Part shown: positions 27,438 to 37,081 of the stretch, in pieces
Layout: every line of letters begins with the position of its first letter
How positions within the stretch are numbered: position 1 is the first letter of the stretch
From: a virus
Direction: 5' to 3' (one strand)
DNA: 43,378 bases
Virus record (IMG/VR): IMGVR_UViG_3300021090_000005
Position numbers and translations under genes: made by a program
Notes under the pieces: generated by a model
Databases searched by the model: none
The model's input: the letters and a program-made list of their open reading frames with translations, nothing else
Told to the model about the DNA's origin: nothing

Positions 27438-28698
27438 GATAGTTCCTCTCTTCTTCGGTTAATAAACTAAAATCAACAGTGCCATTACTGGCTTCTCGTA
27501 TTACTTTTTTCTTAGCTAAAAATCCTCCTTGTGCAACTTGTATCTTATCCGCTCGTTTAAGATTCATAAGTATCTCCATTAGTTGTTCCATCTTTTCTAA
27601 ATCATTATGTACGTGTTTCCAAATATCAGTAGCTACCATAGCTGTATGCGCTGAATCTAATAATTGTACTACTTTATGACTTACATCAGAGTGTTTAGCT
27701 TTACCAAATTCTCCCAAAGCTTTAGGCATAAGATGTTCAGTGTGAGTAAGTATAGTATTAGCATAAATAACGTCACTCTTATCAACCACCGTGGAGCATC
27801 TGAGAGCAGCACACAGCAAGCACAACTTAAGAAGATGAGTGAACCTACGATTACTATAATGTTCAAATCTAACATCATCTATCCCTCCCCATGATTTGTA
27901 AATGTAATCTAGTATCTCAGTTGCATCAGAATCTAGTATAATTTCTCCGACTACAGTATTTTTGATACGTACTAAAGTAGCTAATAATTCTTTAGTTTTT
28001 TCAGTTGATGGACTACTAGGAAATGTTATTTTCTTTCCAGACGGCTCACCATAGATAAGTAGAAGTCTTGAAAAGAACCCCTGACCTATAATTTCTGGTG
28101 GAAATGCAAGAGAAAACCCACTTTGTGTATTACCGCCAAAAATATTAATAGTAGGATTGTTGATTGCAACAGATTTACTATTTTTAATTCTATTTGTATA
28201 AGTTCCTTTGAAATCCCAAAGACTTCCAAGTAATGATATAAATTCTATATTACCATTTCCAATGTAGTCATTGAACTCATCAGCAGCAATATACATTTCT
28301 GCCGCATCTGTATTGTTAATATTTCCAAATAAGTTCTTATCAAGTATATCGAATCCGTTTGCTCCTTCATCTTGTTCTCCTTGTAGGTCTAATAAAAACT
28401 TCTCTTTGCTAGTTCTTTCTGCACTAAATGTAGTGTATCCTACCTGAGATAAGATAAGTTTAGCTGTCTTAATTGCTGTAGATTTTCTAGTGCCAGGACT
28501 ACCTATAAGCATACAATACATATTAGGATATATATCGAATGGCCCTAATTTGAAATTTACAGTTCTTCCTAAGTATGCAGCCAACAGACTAAGACAAGCC
28601 CACCGAGTAAAGAACTTCGGAGTCTCATTGTCTGAATTATAATCTAGGTATAGTGCTAGAAAATCATCACGCATAAATATGAAATGCAAATTCTCCAA
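27430..28698 (-). CDS. P-loop NTPase, DUF3987/VirE-like (putative replicative helicase)
   Basis: Walker A LIGSPGTRKST and Walker B-like MYIAADEFND. It lies adjacent to the DNA polymerase gene. Confidence 0.7.
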   Translation of the reverse strand: MENLHFIFMRDDFLALYLDYNSDNETPKFFTRWACLSLLAAYLGRTVNFKLGPFDIYPNMYCMLIGSPGTRKSTAIKTAKLILSQVGYTTFSAERTSKEKFLLDLQGEQDEGANGFDILDKNLFGNINNTDAAEMYIAADEFNDYIGNGNIEFISLLGSLWDFKGTYTNRIKNSKSVAINNPTINIFGGNTQSGFSLAFPPEIIGQGFFSRLLLIYGEPSGKKITFPSSPSTEKTKELLATLVRIKNTVVGEIILDSDATEILDYIYKSWGGIDDVRFEHYSNRRFTHLLKLCLLCAALRCSTVVDKSDVIYANTILTHTEHLMPKALGEFGKAKHSDVSHKVVQLLDSAHTAMVATDIWKHVHNDLEKMEQLMEILMNLKRADKIQVAQGGFLAKKKVIREASNGTVDFSLLTEEERNYHV

Positions 28699-28704
28699 TT
28701 TCTA

Positions 28705-30945
28705 TTACCCTAAATCGCTCCACGCTTTTCCTCCTTTCTTAATATCAGCCGGCACAGTAAATGTGTATACTACACCTGTGCAGGAAGTTACTGTAATGGG
28801 AATTTGCATTCTTTCCTTAACTAGATTAGTCAGAAATTCATATCCATTTCTGTACTGAAACAATATACTATCGTGTATTTGACAGTTCAACTTGAAGTTG
28901 GCTGCATACAATGGGTTTATTGCTATGTCGTAGAATACTGCCATATATGCTTTATTTAATACCATTGCATTAAGACTTTGTGGAACATGAGCAATGTAAG
29001 CATTAAGTGCTCTTTTATTCTTGCTCGGGTCAGCGAAACAATATCTAGTCCAACCAGTTGCTCCTACAAGCATCTTAGTTGTAGTGACTGTAGCTATAAC
29101 CCAAGGATAAAATACTGCTCTGAGTCCTGGATATGTTCTATGAAAAGCTGCTAATAGATGTGCAGTAACTTGTTTAAACGTATAAAACTTAGGTAAATGT
29201 AATAGTTTCTTAGCTTCGATAACTTTCTCATATCCCATTGTATCTACCATAACATCTTCGCCCATGTTATAGTTAGCACCATGATTCACTCTCTTAGCTA
29301 AATCTCGTAATAGTTTATCTATTACTTTCATTAATCTATTATCGAATATTAAATCATACGCTACCCCAAAGAACTTGGAAGCATTTACCGCATGAAAATC
29401 GTCAGTTCCTGTAACAGCTGCAATAAGATTCTCTTCTCCTGCAATGTATGCGGTATCTCTTGATTCAGCTTGCTTAAGGTCAACTTCAGCAAGTAAAAAA
29501 CCAGTGTCAGCAGTGATAGTTTGCTTGACCTCACGTCCTCTTGGCGTATTATGTATTTGTAATCCGCACCAGAAATGGTGCTCTCTACTAGCAAGCCGTC
29601 CTGTGTCAGTTCCATGTGGATTGAGAGCATATAATATCCTTCCTTTAAATTCTTTATAACCTCGTTTAGCTGTTTTAGTTATATCAGCATCAGTGCGTAA
29701 GTATGTACTTTTACGCTTTCGTAGTTCTCGTATATCTATTATCTTATTACAGATTCTAGCATTAAGTGGGTGTAACCAAGCAACTTTTTTTAAGTTTTCT
29801 TCATCAGCAGATGAGAAATTACCACAGCCTAAAATGGTAAGTAACTTCTTCATTTGTGGTGGAGAATTAACATTGAAGTTAGGAACACCAAGCATTTTAT
29901 TAAGGGATGCTTGTAACTCTGCCAGTTTAATATCTAATTCAGCTCTTGCAGTTTCCATCACTTTCATATCTCTTTTTAGCCCTGTCATTTCTGACAAGTG
30001 ACAAGGAAACACAAGTGGAAACTCCATAAGATAATTATTTTTAGCCCACTGAGGCATTTGTAATATCTGTGCTATCCATACAAGAGCAGTATTCCAAGTA
30101 TCTTTAGCATTGTAATGATAGCGTTCTTTTAAATCTGGTGTATCAGCTAAGTCTTTCCAGTATTGTGCTTCTCTTACAAAGAAAGCTCCCAAGTATGCCA
30201 AATCCTTCGGTAGTTCGGAATACCAGCAGTGAAAGAGATTAGCGGTATCCCAGAGATAATTATACATAGGAGCACAATAACGAGCAAAGTATGCACAATC
30301 ATATTTACCGTTCTGAAGAATTTTCGGGGCTGGTAACTCGTTAAATTTGCGCACCCAATGTAGATTATACACACTATCCATAGGAAGAACAGAAGTATGA
30401 GTAGTAATAATACCGGCAGTATCAATAAAGATAGCAGTATAACCAACACAAGTGATAGCGAGATTTGTTTTAGTTGTTTCAATATCAACTGCGATTGCAA
30501 AAGCTGTTTTGTAGTATTCATATATACTTTCTACGTTGCATGGTTCTAGTATGCACCAATTAAATGTAGGAATCTTACTCCACTCTTCTGGGTCAGTTAA
30601 CTTAGAAATGTATCTTCTTGCTACAAATTTACCGTAAGGTACAGTTATAAGTTGTTTTAGTGGGTCTAAAAATACAAACTCTATATCCATGTATTTAATA
30701 TAACTACCTGCCCAATTATCTAACGATACCTTGCGATTAGCACCAACAAGTTTTTGTAGTAATGTAGCATTAGTAGTGAGTACACCAGTAATACCTCTAG
30801 CGCGACAATACAGTACTATTTCTATGACTGTGCTGATAGTATCGGTACGCACCCATACAGTAGCACCACCAACTAAACTTTTTAGTCGTGGTATATATTC
30901 AGCATCTGCAAAAGTTCCTAGAAATAGTAGTTTCTTATTACTCAT
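28705..30945 (-). CDS. Family A DNA polymerase with a 3'-5' exonuclease domain
   Basis: Exo motifs AVDIETT, NGKYDCAYF and YNAKDT. Pol motif A is LLAEVDLKQAESR, motif B is RDLAKRVNHGANYNMG and motif C is CQIHDSILF. Confidence 0.92.
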   Translation of the reverse strand: MSNKKLLFLGTFADAEYIPRLKSLVGGATVWVRTDTISTVIEIVLYCRARGITGVLTTNATLLQKLVGANRKVSLDNWAGSYIKYMDIEFVFLDPLKQLITVPYGKFVARRYISKLTDPEEWSKIPTFNWCILEPCNVESIYEYYKTAFAIAVDIETTKTNLAITCVGYTAIFIDTAGIITTHTSVLPMDSVYNLHWVRKFNELPAPKILQNGKYDCAYFARYCAPMYNYLWDTANLFHCWYSELPKDLAYLGAFFVREAQYWKDLADTPDLKERYHYNAKDTWNTALVWIAQILQMPQWAKNNYLMEFPLVFPCHLSEMTGLKRDMKVMETARAELDIKLAELQASLNKMLGVPNFNVNSPPQMKKLLTILGCGNFSSADEENLKKVAWLHPLNARICNKIIDIRELRKRKSTYLRTDADITKTAKRGYKEFKGRILYALNPHGTDTGRLASREHHFWCGLQIHNTPRGREVKQTITADTGFLLAEVDLKQAESRDTAYIAGEENLIAAVTGTDDFHAVNASKFFGVAYDLIFDNRLMKVIDKLLRDLAKRVNHGANYNMGEDVMVDTMGYEKVIEAKKLLHLPKFYTFKQVTAHLLAAFHRTYPGLRAVFYPWVIATVTTTKMLVGATGWTRYCFADPSKNKRALNAYIAHVPQSLNAMVLNKAYMAVFYDIAINPLYAANFKLNCQIHDSILFQYRNGYEFLTNLVKERMQIPITVTSCTGVVYTFTVPADIKKGGKAWSDLG

Positions 30946-31160
30946 TCTGTATCTTGTCCAAAGTGCTCAGTCCATATCTTGTTAAGATAATAATCTTGCT
31001 TATCGCTAATGAATATACTACTACCATATCGTGTAAGATTATCACTTAAAGTTGAAATGAATTGTTCTTCCCAGTCATTTAAATCACCAGTATGTAACAA
31101 CTTAGAGCAATCAACTATTTTATCTGATATACTGATCTTACTTGCTTTATCTATTTCCAT
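30942..31160 (-). CDS. Hypothetical protein
   Basis: A 72-aa ORF overlapping the polymerase start (ATGA-type coupling). Confidence 0.65.
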   Translation of the reverse strand: MEIDKASKISISDKIVDCSKLLHTGDLNDWEEQFISTLSDNLTRYGSSIFISDKQDYYLNKIWTEHFGQDTE

Positions 31161-31161
31161 T

Positions 31162-31386
31162 TTATACCCCTATACATAATTTCTTTTTATAAAGACACAT
31201 ATGCGGTTTTTCAGTTAGAACAAGTTTACAGATATTATAATCTTGTTCTAACTCTAGAATTCTAGCAGTTTTTATTCTATTATCTTTCTCTGCCGCATCT
31301 AGTGCTAGCCATACTAGAGTAGTTGGAGCAGATAGTATACATAATGCTATTATTGTTGTTATAATAAATATAATTTTATGTTTCAA
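31162..31386 (-). CDS. Small membrane protein (N-terminal TM helix)
   Basis: 74 aa, with the hydrophobic segment IIFIITTIIALCILSAPTTLVWLAL. Confidence 0.65.
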   Translation of the reverse strand: MKHKIIFIITTIIALCILSAPTTLVWLALDAAEKDNRIKTARILELEQDYNICKLVLTEKPHMCLYKKKLCIGV

Positions 31387-31658
31387 AATTCGCTCCAGTT
31401 GAGTTCTCCAACTATAGGAGTTACAAGTCTGTCTCCTCGCATAACAAATAAAGTACCTTTAGACATATTAACTACAAATACATCACCACGAGTTAGTACA
31501 TCTACAACTATATTAGAGTTGAGTATAAACTGAGTTGGCTTAACTCTTAGTAATATCATACCTGTAGCTTCATCTTTAGCTACTATGCCTACAGGCACGG
31601 AAGAAATTTTAACCTTTGTTGCTAGTATTAATGAGCGCTGTACTTCACTGCACTTCAT
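31383..31658 (-). CDS. Hypothetical protein
   Basis: A 91-aa ORF with RBS AAGGAG. Confidence 0.7.
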   Translation of the reverse strand: MKCSEVQRSLILATKVKISSVPVGIVAKDEATGMILLRVKPTQFILNSNIVVDVLTRGDVFVVNMSKGTLFVMRGDRLVTPIVGELNWSEF

Positions 31659-31681
31659 TTTAAGTCTCCTTTAAGTTTTAA

Positions 31682-31915
31682 TTAATCGGTATAGTATCGT
31701 TGTAACTCTGTTTTTTTCTTATCTATGATTTTAACTTCTTCGTATGTAAATGGTTTCATACCGTATGAAAGTCTTAATAAATTTTCTCGCATCCAGTGAC
31801 CTAACCAACTTATACCTTTCTCTTCTGTTAATCTAGGTGAAAGTTTAAATTTAGGTATACCAGTAGGCTTAATTAATTTTAGTAATCTGCGATTAGTCCT
31901 TATATGTAATCTCAT
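31682..31915 (-). CDS. Hypothetical basic protein
   Basis: A 77-aa ORF. Confidence 0.65.
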   Translation of the reverse strand: MRLHIRTNRRLLKLIKPTGIPKFKLSPRLTEEKGISWLGHWMRENLLRLSYGMKPFTYEEVKIIDKKKTELQRYYTD

Positions 31916-31998
31916 GTCTTATCCCCCATAACTTTCTGTGCCAACATCAGTATCGGATAAATCAGGCAGCAGAGTAAAAAATCTTTAAGTTTTTTCAT
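31912..31998 (-). CDS. Possible 28-aa hydrophobic micro-protein (not in the ORF track)
   Basis: Manual translation gives MKKLKDFLLCCLIYPILMLAQKVMGDKT. An AAGGAA RBS lies upstream, and the stop overlaps the next ATG (ATGA). Confidence 0.35.
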   Translation of the reverse strand: MKKLKDFLLCCLIYPILMLAQKVMGDKT

Positions 31999-32090
31999 TT
32001 TGTTCCTTTCTAAACTGTTAAAGTGAGTACTAAAGTGTGTACCAATGTTCCGATACACACTGAACTACTTACTACTACCACTACTTAATC

Positions 32091-32537
32091 TTATACTACT
32101 GTAAGTTCCACAATATCTGTGTACTCAACTTTTGTGTCCTTATTAACACGAATTTTCGTGACCATAATTACTTCTGCATCATTTGCAGCAATCATAGTAT
32201 CACGAATACCAGTAGTACCAAAATGCGTAGCCAATACTTTCATAACCTCTTTCAACTTACCCTCTCCAAACTCGTTATCTAGCATGAACAATACACCAGT
32301 AGTATCATCAGCTTTAATAGGCTCTGAAGCTGTTGGGTCTGATAATTCAAGTGTTTCTATCGCTGTAATTTTCATTTCGATTGAAGGATGTTTATTAACT
32401 ACCTTACTTTCGAATGCAATTCTACAACGATGTGCTCCTGCCGGGAATGGTTTAAATTCTGGCAAATCTGCCAAATCATCCAAGGTGCGGTCAAGTAGAC
32501 TATCAAGTATTGCTTGTTCTTCTACAGTATTTCCCAT
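32091..32537 (-). CDS. Acidic protein, DUF669-like putative ssDNA-binding protein
   Basis: It contains an L-P-x(n)-G-x-[YH]-x-x-x-I pattern (LPEFKPFPAGAHRCRIAF). It lies close downstream of the Sak4-like ATPase gene, with one CDS (32658..33236) between them, an arrangement resembling the Sak4/DUF669 pairing common in phage recombination modules. Confidence 0.8.
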   Translation of the reverse strand: MGNTVEEQAILDSLLDRTLDDLADLPEFKPFPAGAHRCRIAFESKVVNKHPSIEMKITAIETLELSDPTASEPIKADDTTGVLFMLDNEFGEGKLKEVMKVLATHFGTTGIRDTMIAANDAEVIMVTKIRVNKDTKVEYTDIVELTVV

Positions 32538-32657
32538 GTTATACTACTCCTAGATTAATTAAATGAATGTATACATTATATATGTAAATATATGTATGAT
32601 TTACTGGTTTTAAATACTCAGCTCCAGCTTGCCTGCACGATGTGCTGTGTACAAATA

Positions 32658-33236
32658 CTATAGGTTCTTTGTCGCATTAACTACTTCTGCATCCTTGCGA
32701 AGTCTGTTAGATATGAGAGTAGCATAGCCAGCTATATCATCCCAAGAATCAATATTGTTAGGATTACCACATATGATACGAGCTATTTTAGTAGCTATCA
32801 TATCCAATGATTCCCTCATATCGAGAGCTACCGGCACTGTATTATTATTGCTAATACTGTTTTTAATCTTTTGAGCTACGTTAGAAGTATTGATATAATC
32901 TCCATGCGTACTTTCTCTCTCTTTGAGAATAGTATCAATTCTATTGTCCTTAGCAAATACGTCTGCAATCTTTTTAATTGTTTCTTTTTGGGTTACTTTT
33001 ATAGCAATACAATTCATAAAAGTATAACACCTCATTGGTAGAATTGGTGCTTCTCTGGTACAAATTAGAGATTCACTATACCATACAGCAGCATCTCTTT
33101 GTAAAACTTCCAATAAAGACTCATTATATAGTCCATTAAGTCTTTGTGCTTTAAAGACCTCTCCAGACGCCAAAGTTACAGTACATGTATGAAGTAATTC
33201 ACCTACACTTCCAGGGGTTTCACCGCACTTACTCAT
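32658..33236 (-). CDS. Protein with a C-terminal DUF6378-like domain
   Basis: ERESTHGDY...DMIATKIARI...IDSWDDIAGYATL resembles the R-x3-YG...K-x-x-R...D-S-x-x-D-x-x-GY signature (from memory). Confidence 0.8.
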   Translation of the reverse strand: MSKCGETPGSVGELLHTCTVTLASGEVFKAQRLNGLYNESLLEVLQRDAAVWYSESLICTREAPILPMRCYTFMNCIAIKVTQKETIKKIADVFAKDNRIDTILKERESTHGDYINTSNVAQKIKNSISNNNTVPVALDMRESLDMIATKIARIICGNPNNIDSWDDIAGYATLISNRLRKDAEVVNATKNL

Positions 33237-33251
33237 TTCTTTTCTCCTTTA

Positions 33252-34112
33252 TTAAGTTTTAAGTTTTAAATTATCCAACGCTATCTGCGCTGGACTTCTT
33301 TTATCTACTGCTCCCGCTACTTGTGCTGCTAAATGACTACCATCAAATATCGGTAGTAATGAGGGTACTGGTAATTTTTCAATACAGAAATCTGTTCTGC
33401 TACGTGTAAGAACTGAGTTACTATATGTACTACTACTACCAGCGATATGCTTACCATTTTTAACGTCACAGTATATTACATGATCAAATGCTTTACTGAA
33501 CTCACTACTCATACCAGCAGAGCCAAATGAAGATACTAACTTAGTTCTTCCATCTTCCATTTTAGCTTCTACTGTATGTGCAATTACTATAAGATTAACT
33601 GGTGAAGCTTGAAACTGAGAGCAAAAGAACTCAGTCATTTTACGCAGACTTCCCCAATCATCCCGCTCAGGTTTGTAATCTATTGGTTCGGCCTTAGTAA
33701 TGTGAGATAGTATTGAATGAGATAGTTGAGTTGCTGTATCAATTACAACTATGTCTTTATGAGTAAGAGTAGAGAAATCTAACTTATCAAACGCAGCATT
33801 ATCTTTAGTACAGAGTGTGCAGTTATTTTTACCGTGTTTGCGACACATATTCATTTTACCTTGTTTCCAAAGTTGTGTCATAATATCTGCTGCTATTGGA
33901 TAACTTGCACTGTCTGGAACTGCATACAGTTGTATATTCTTTTGCCAAGTAAGAGGTAATTTACGTAATGTAGCAGCACCTCGTTCTAAGTCTATCCAAT
34001 GTAATGTAAAATGCTCTGCTAACTGTGCTGCGAGAGTTGATTTACCGCTTCCGCTAAGACCAGTTATAAGTACTTTTTCTACGCTCTCTGGTAGACTTTC
34101 TGTTAAGATCAT
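33252..34112 (-). CDS. AAA_24/Sak4-like recombination ATPase
   Basis: Walker A ITGLSGSGKST and Walker B-like IVVIDTATQL. Size and context match phage Sak4-type ATPases. Confidence 0.75.
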   Translation of the reverse strand: MILTESLPESVEKVLITGLSGSGKSTLAAQLAEHFTLHWIDLERGAATLRKLPLTWQKNIQLYAVPDSASYPIAADIMTQLWKQGKMNMCRKHGKNNCTLCTKDNAAFDKLDFSTLTHKDIVVIDTATQLSHSILSHITKAEPIDYKPERDDWGSLRKMTEFFCSQFQASPVNLIVIAHTVEAKMEDGRTKLVSSFGSAGMSSEFSKAFDHVIYCDVKNGKHIAGSSSTYSNSVLTRSRTDFCIEKLPVPSLLPIFDGSHLAAQVAGAVDKRSPAQIALDNLKLKT

Positions 34113-34134
34113 GGTGTATTACTCCTTTCTATTG

Positions 34135-34287
34135 CTATTGTACAAGTTTGTATGCAGTATCTAACCCTGCACGTAGTCCTATGATAGTAAGACCAGCTAT
34201 GTAGCCTATTAAAAACCAAGGTATGATAAGAATAAAAGAGAATACTAATCTTATTCCTGTTAATAACCATAGCAGTTTTGTTTTCAT
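34135..34287 (-). CDS. Possible 50-aa membrane micro-protein (not in the ORF track)
   Basis: Manual translation gives MKTKLLWLLTGIRLVFSFILIIPWFLIGYIAGLTIIGLRAGLDTAYKLVQ. It starts 3 nt after the upstream stop. Confidence 0.45.
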   Translation of the reverse strand: MKTKLLWLLTGIRLVFSFILIIPWFLIGYIAGLTIIGLRAGLDTAYKLVQ

Positions 34288-34290
34288 AGT

Positions 34291-34758
34291 TTATGAGTTG
34301 GCTTTTGCAAGTTGCTTTCGCACTTGAGATAGTTTAGTAGCTAAATCTTCTGTCTGCGATTGCCAAAGTTCTTCTTGTTTCAAGGTACTCTTGATTTCTG
34401 CAAGTTGTTGCATCAGTTCATATATAGGTGCAAGTCTTGCTACATCAGCATCAGCATTACGTTCAATACTATTAGCTAAATCCATAAAGCTGTCACACTC
34501 AATGCGGCTTTTCTTCTTTACACCCAAACTTCTTATAACCTCTACTATATTTAACAAGGCTTCCTTATAACCTTCCCTCCTAGCAGTTTCTTTGGCATTT
34601 TTCAGTGTAGCAAGTTCACTTGTTGCTAGAGCAAGTTTATTATCCAAATCACCAAGGCGTAACTTAGTTGTGAAATTATCATCTTCCAGCTTAGTAATAT
34701 ATTCCAGCGTCGCATCCTCCTTAGCAATTAGTAATACTTTTTTCTCCGCCTTATTCAT
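34291..34758 (-). CDS. Hypothetical coiled-coil protein
   Basis: A 155-aa ORF with RBS GGAGAAGGA. Confidence 0.8.
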   Translation of the reverse strand: MNKAEKKVLLIAKEDATLEYITKLEDDNFTTKLRLGDLDNKLALATSELATLKNAKETARREGYKEALLNIVEVIRSLGVKKKSRIECDSFMDLANSIERNADADVARLAPIYELMQQLAEIKSTLKQEELWQSQTEDLATKLSQVRKQLAKANS

Positions 34759-34812
34759 TTCCTTCTCCTCGAATAAATTTCAAATTACTAAACACTCGCT
34801 AGCTTTGCTATG

Positions 34813-35754
34813 TTATACTAAGATTTCCTTTGCAAGTTGTGAATTAATTAAATCTGCTACAGTAAGTTCAATCTGATATATCATTGGTACATCTGTACCT
34901 CGTACAGTATCTACCACTTCTGGTTCTGGTTTAGTGAGATAAGCAGTACTAAGAGTACATACCTGTAGATATTCGCAATCTTTATAGTATTTACCAGCGC
35001 AACTTTCACCGTGCATAGGAAATATATCTACAGTATCATACATTTGAATAGTATCTGCATCAAGCAATAGTTCTTGTATCCATTGAGCACGCTGTAAAAA
35101 ACTCTTAGGAAATTTAAGTTGTTCGTACTCTTTGTCTTTTGTTTTATATACTAGATATATCACATCATAACTAGATAGTGATGGAAAGATTACATCTAGT
35201 ACTACTGAGTATCCAATAGCTTGAGCTGAGTTCTTAAAACTCGCAGGATTTACTGTATCAGAAGAAGAAGTTTTAACTTCTAATACTACAATCTTACCTG
35301 ATATTTTATGTTTTAGTACTGCATCTACGTGTCCACGGTAAAAGAATTCATTAGGTAATGCTATACGAAAAGATAGTTCTACTGCTGGTTTATTTTGATA
35401 TTGTACAAGTTCGTAATCTTGTAAGTATCCTGACTTACACATAGCAATAAATTTTTGTATAGCTATAACCGCTGTCCAGAAGGATTTATTTTGTTTCTTA
35501 TTTTCAGCAAATAAATCTGTGTTCCACACATTAAACATCTGCCAAAGTATTTCATACTCTGATTTACCTTGTAATACAAGCTGTATTCCTAAACCTACAC
35601 AATGTCCAAATGTAAAAGTAATAGAATCACTTTCAGTCTCGGCAGTTCCATCTGCACGTAATTTATACAGTTGAAGCTTGCGAGGACACTCATGTTGAAT
35701 TAGTCTTGAAGAGTAACTCATTAATTTAAGTCGCTTATCCATATTATAAATCAC
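34813..35754 (-). CDS. PD-(D/E)XK nuclease, Cas4/RecB-like, with a putative Fe-S Cys cluster
   Basis: Motifs are GHVDAV...VVLEVKTS (D...E-x-K), QAIGYS (QxxxY), an N-terminal Cys (QHECPRK) and the C-terminal CAGKYYKDCEYLQVC. Confidence 0.85.
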   Translation of the reverse strand: MIYNMDKRLKLMSYSSRLIQHECPRKLQLYKLRADGTAETESDSITFTFGHCVGLGIQLVLQGKSEYEILWQMFNVWNTDLFAENKKQNKSFWTAVIAIQKFIAMCKSGYLQDYELVQYQNKPAVELSFRIALPNEFFYRGHVDAVLKHKISGKIVVLEVKTSSSDTVNPASFKNSAQAIGYSVVLDVIFPSLSSYDVIYLVYKTKDKEYEQLKFPKSFLQRAQWIQELLLDADTIQMYDTVDIFPMHGESCAGKYYKDCEYLQVCTLSTAYLTKPEPEVVDTVRGTDVPMIYQIELTVADLINSQLAKEILV

Positions 35755-36133
35755 TCACAGTTAAGTCACGGATAGATTTTTTAGTTGATATAGCTTTAAC
35801 TACTGTCTGTGCAGTTTCTATTGTGTTTGTATAGTCTGGACGTATGTACTCTTCATACCAAGTACCTTCTCTACCACAATGAGTATCTCTGAATTCACCA
35901 ATAAGATCTTTGCTTATGTGTTCAGTTAATATAAAATCATATCTAAGTTGTTTTGGCGTAAGTCTAACAGTTACTTCTAAGTTTCCAGTAACAAGATCAG
36001 TTTCCTTTTTTATTATATTATTTGGGTGGTGACATTGCCAAGTATCAGAGTGTTCAGTATGAATTTTTTTGCCTAAAATATACTTACAATTAATACATAT
36101 TTTAAGCTCTTCAACTTCAGTGGAGGATTGCAT
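35744..36133 (-). CDS. Hypothetical Cys/His-containing protein ending ...KKSIRDLTVSDL
   Basis: A 129-aa ORF containing CINC...(x19)...CHH. Confidence 0.75.
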   Translation of the reverse strand: MQSSTEVEELKICINCKYILGKKIHTEHSDTWQCHHPNNIIKKETDLVTGNLEVTVRLTPKQLRYDFILTEHISKDLIGEFRDTHCGREGTWYEEYIRPDYTNTIETAQTVVKAISTKKSIRDLTVSDL

Positions 36134-36395
36134 GAGTATTTATCCTTTGTTGTACTACAGCAGATAGATATTGAGTTTCAATAGAAACTATTAAAACCTC
36201 TACTAATTTATCTATATTAATAAGTTCTTCTCTAACCACATTACCATCTAAAATAAAATCAGGTGTAGTATAGATATAACCTATAGTTTTTTGATCAGGC
36301 ATAATAAAGATTACTAGGTCATTATCTAAATGTTTTCCTGACCATATAATCTGTGCAGTTTGTAGTATCATTGAACTGCTCATATTACAAATCAT
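36117..36395 (-). CDS. Hypothetical protein
   Basis: A 92-aa ORF. Its start lies in the conserved junction cassette. Confidence 0.7.
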   Translation of the reverse strand: MICNMSSSMILQTAQIIWSGKHLDNDLVIFIMPDQKTIGYIYTTPDFILDGNVVREELINIDKLVEVLIVSIETQYLSAVVQQRINTHAILH

Positions 36396-36657
36396 CCACA
36401 GTAAGTTTTTTCAAACTTTTACCTTTACCAGACAGCATAGACATAGCAAGTTCTGTATTAGTTTGTTTCTTTAAGCCTTCTACAATTATGTGTATCTCAT
36501 CGTCAGATAACAGTGTTACTATTTCTGGATCAGCTTTAAGCTGCATATGTATAGTACGAAGAAGTGTAGGCATCATTGGGTGAGCAGTTAGTAGCGCTGT
36601 CTGCAATTGTCCTACCTTTTCGCGCAGTTCGAATCCTTGTTCTGGAGCTGTTATCAT
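36385..36657 (-). CDS. Hypothetical protein ending ...GKSLKKLTVDDL
   Basis: A 90-aa ORF. Confidence 0.75.
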   Translation of the reverse strand: MITAPEQGFELREKVGQLQTALLTAHPMMPTLLRTIHMQLKADPEIVTLLSDDEIHIIVEGLKKQTNTELAMSMLSGKGKSLKKLTVDDL

Positions 36658-36833
36658 AGTTTTAGTTCCTCTGATGAATTCATTAACTCTTTAAGAGCTT
36701 CTAAGCATAGTCCACAAATACACAGTTTTGACTTCCAATCATAAGCTAAAGTACCCGCTTTACCACAAAAAGCGCAGGTTAATCCATTGTGTGGATTATT
36801 TACTTTAATAAACCTTATAGGTTTTAGCCTCAT
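36654..36833 (-). CDS. Small zinc-ribbon-like protein (59 aa, not in the ORF track)
   Basis: Manual translation gives MRLKPIRFIKVNNPHNGLTCAFCGKAGTLAYDWKSKLCICGLCLEALKELMNSSEELKL. It has C-x2-C ... C-x-C-x2-C, and both ends overlap the neighbouring genes (TAATG, ATGA). Confidence 0.6.
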   Translation of the reverse strand: MRLKPIRFIKVNNPHNGLTCAFCGKAGTLAYDWKSKLCICGLCLEALKELMNSSEELKL

Positions 36834-37081
36834 TATAAATCTTTTAACCCTATTCGTTTATTTTTAAGTACAAAAGTTAATTTACTTTGGTTTTTTGTAT
36901 ATTCAATCTTATACCATCTGTTTTCTTCAGAAGCCATAAGTTTGAATCCTAAGTCTTTATCTTTTTCTTTCATAACTCCTTTAATAATGCGTTCGTGCAT
37001 AGGTGGAGGAGCTGCTACAGCTACTTTTAATTTAGTTTTAAGTTCTAACCATATCGGAGCGTATTTTCTTATATTAATCAC
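36833..37081 (-). CDS. Hypothetical protein (GTG start)
   Basis: An 82-aa ORF, coupled to the upstream gene. Confidence 0.7.
   Translation of the reverse strand: MINIRKYAPIWLELKTKLKVAVAAPPPMHERIIKGVMKEKDKDLGFKLMASEENRWYKIEYTKNQSKLTFVLKNKRIGLKDL

Noticed and set aside
36627-36636. GTTCGAATCC, a tRNA T-loop-like decamer
   Set aside because: The flanking bases cannot form a T-stem (CGCAG against CCTTG). It lies inside a well-supported minus-strand CDS. I found no tRNA-like cloverleaf anywhere.
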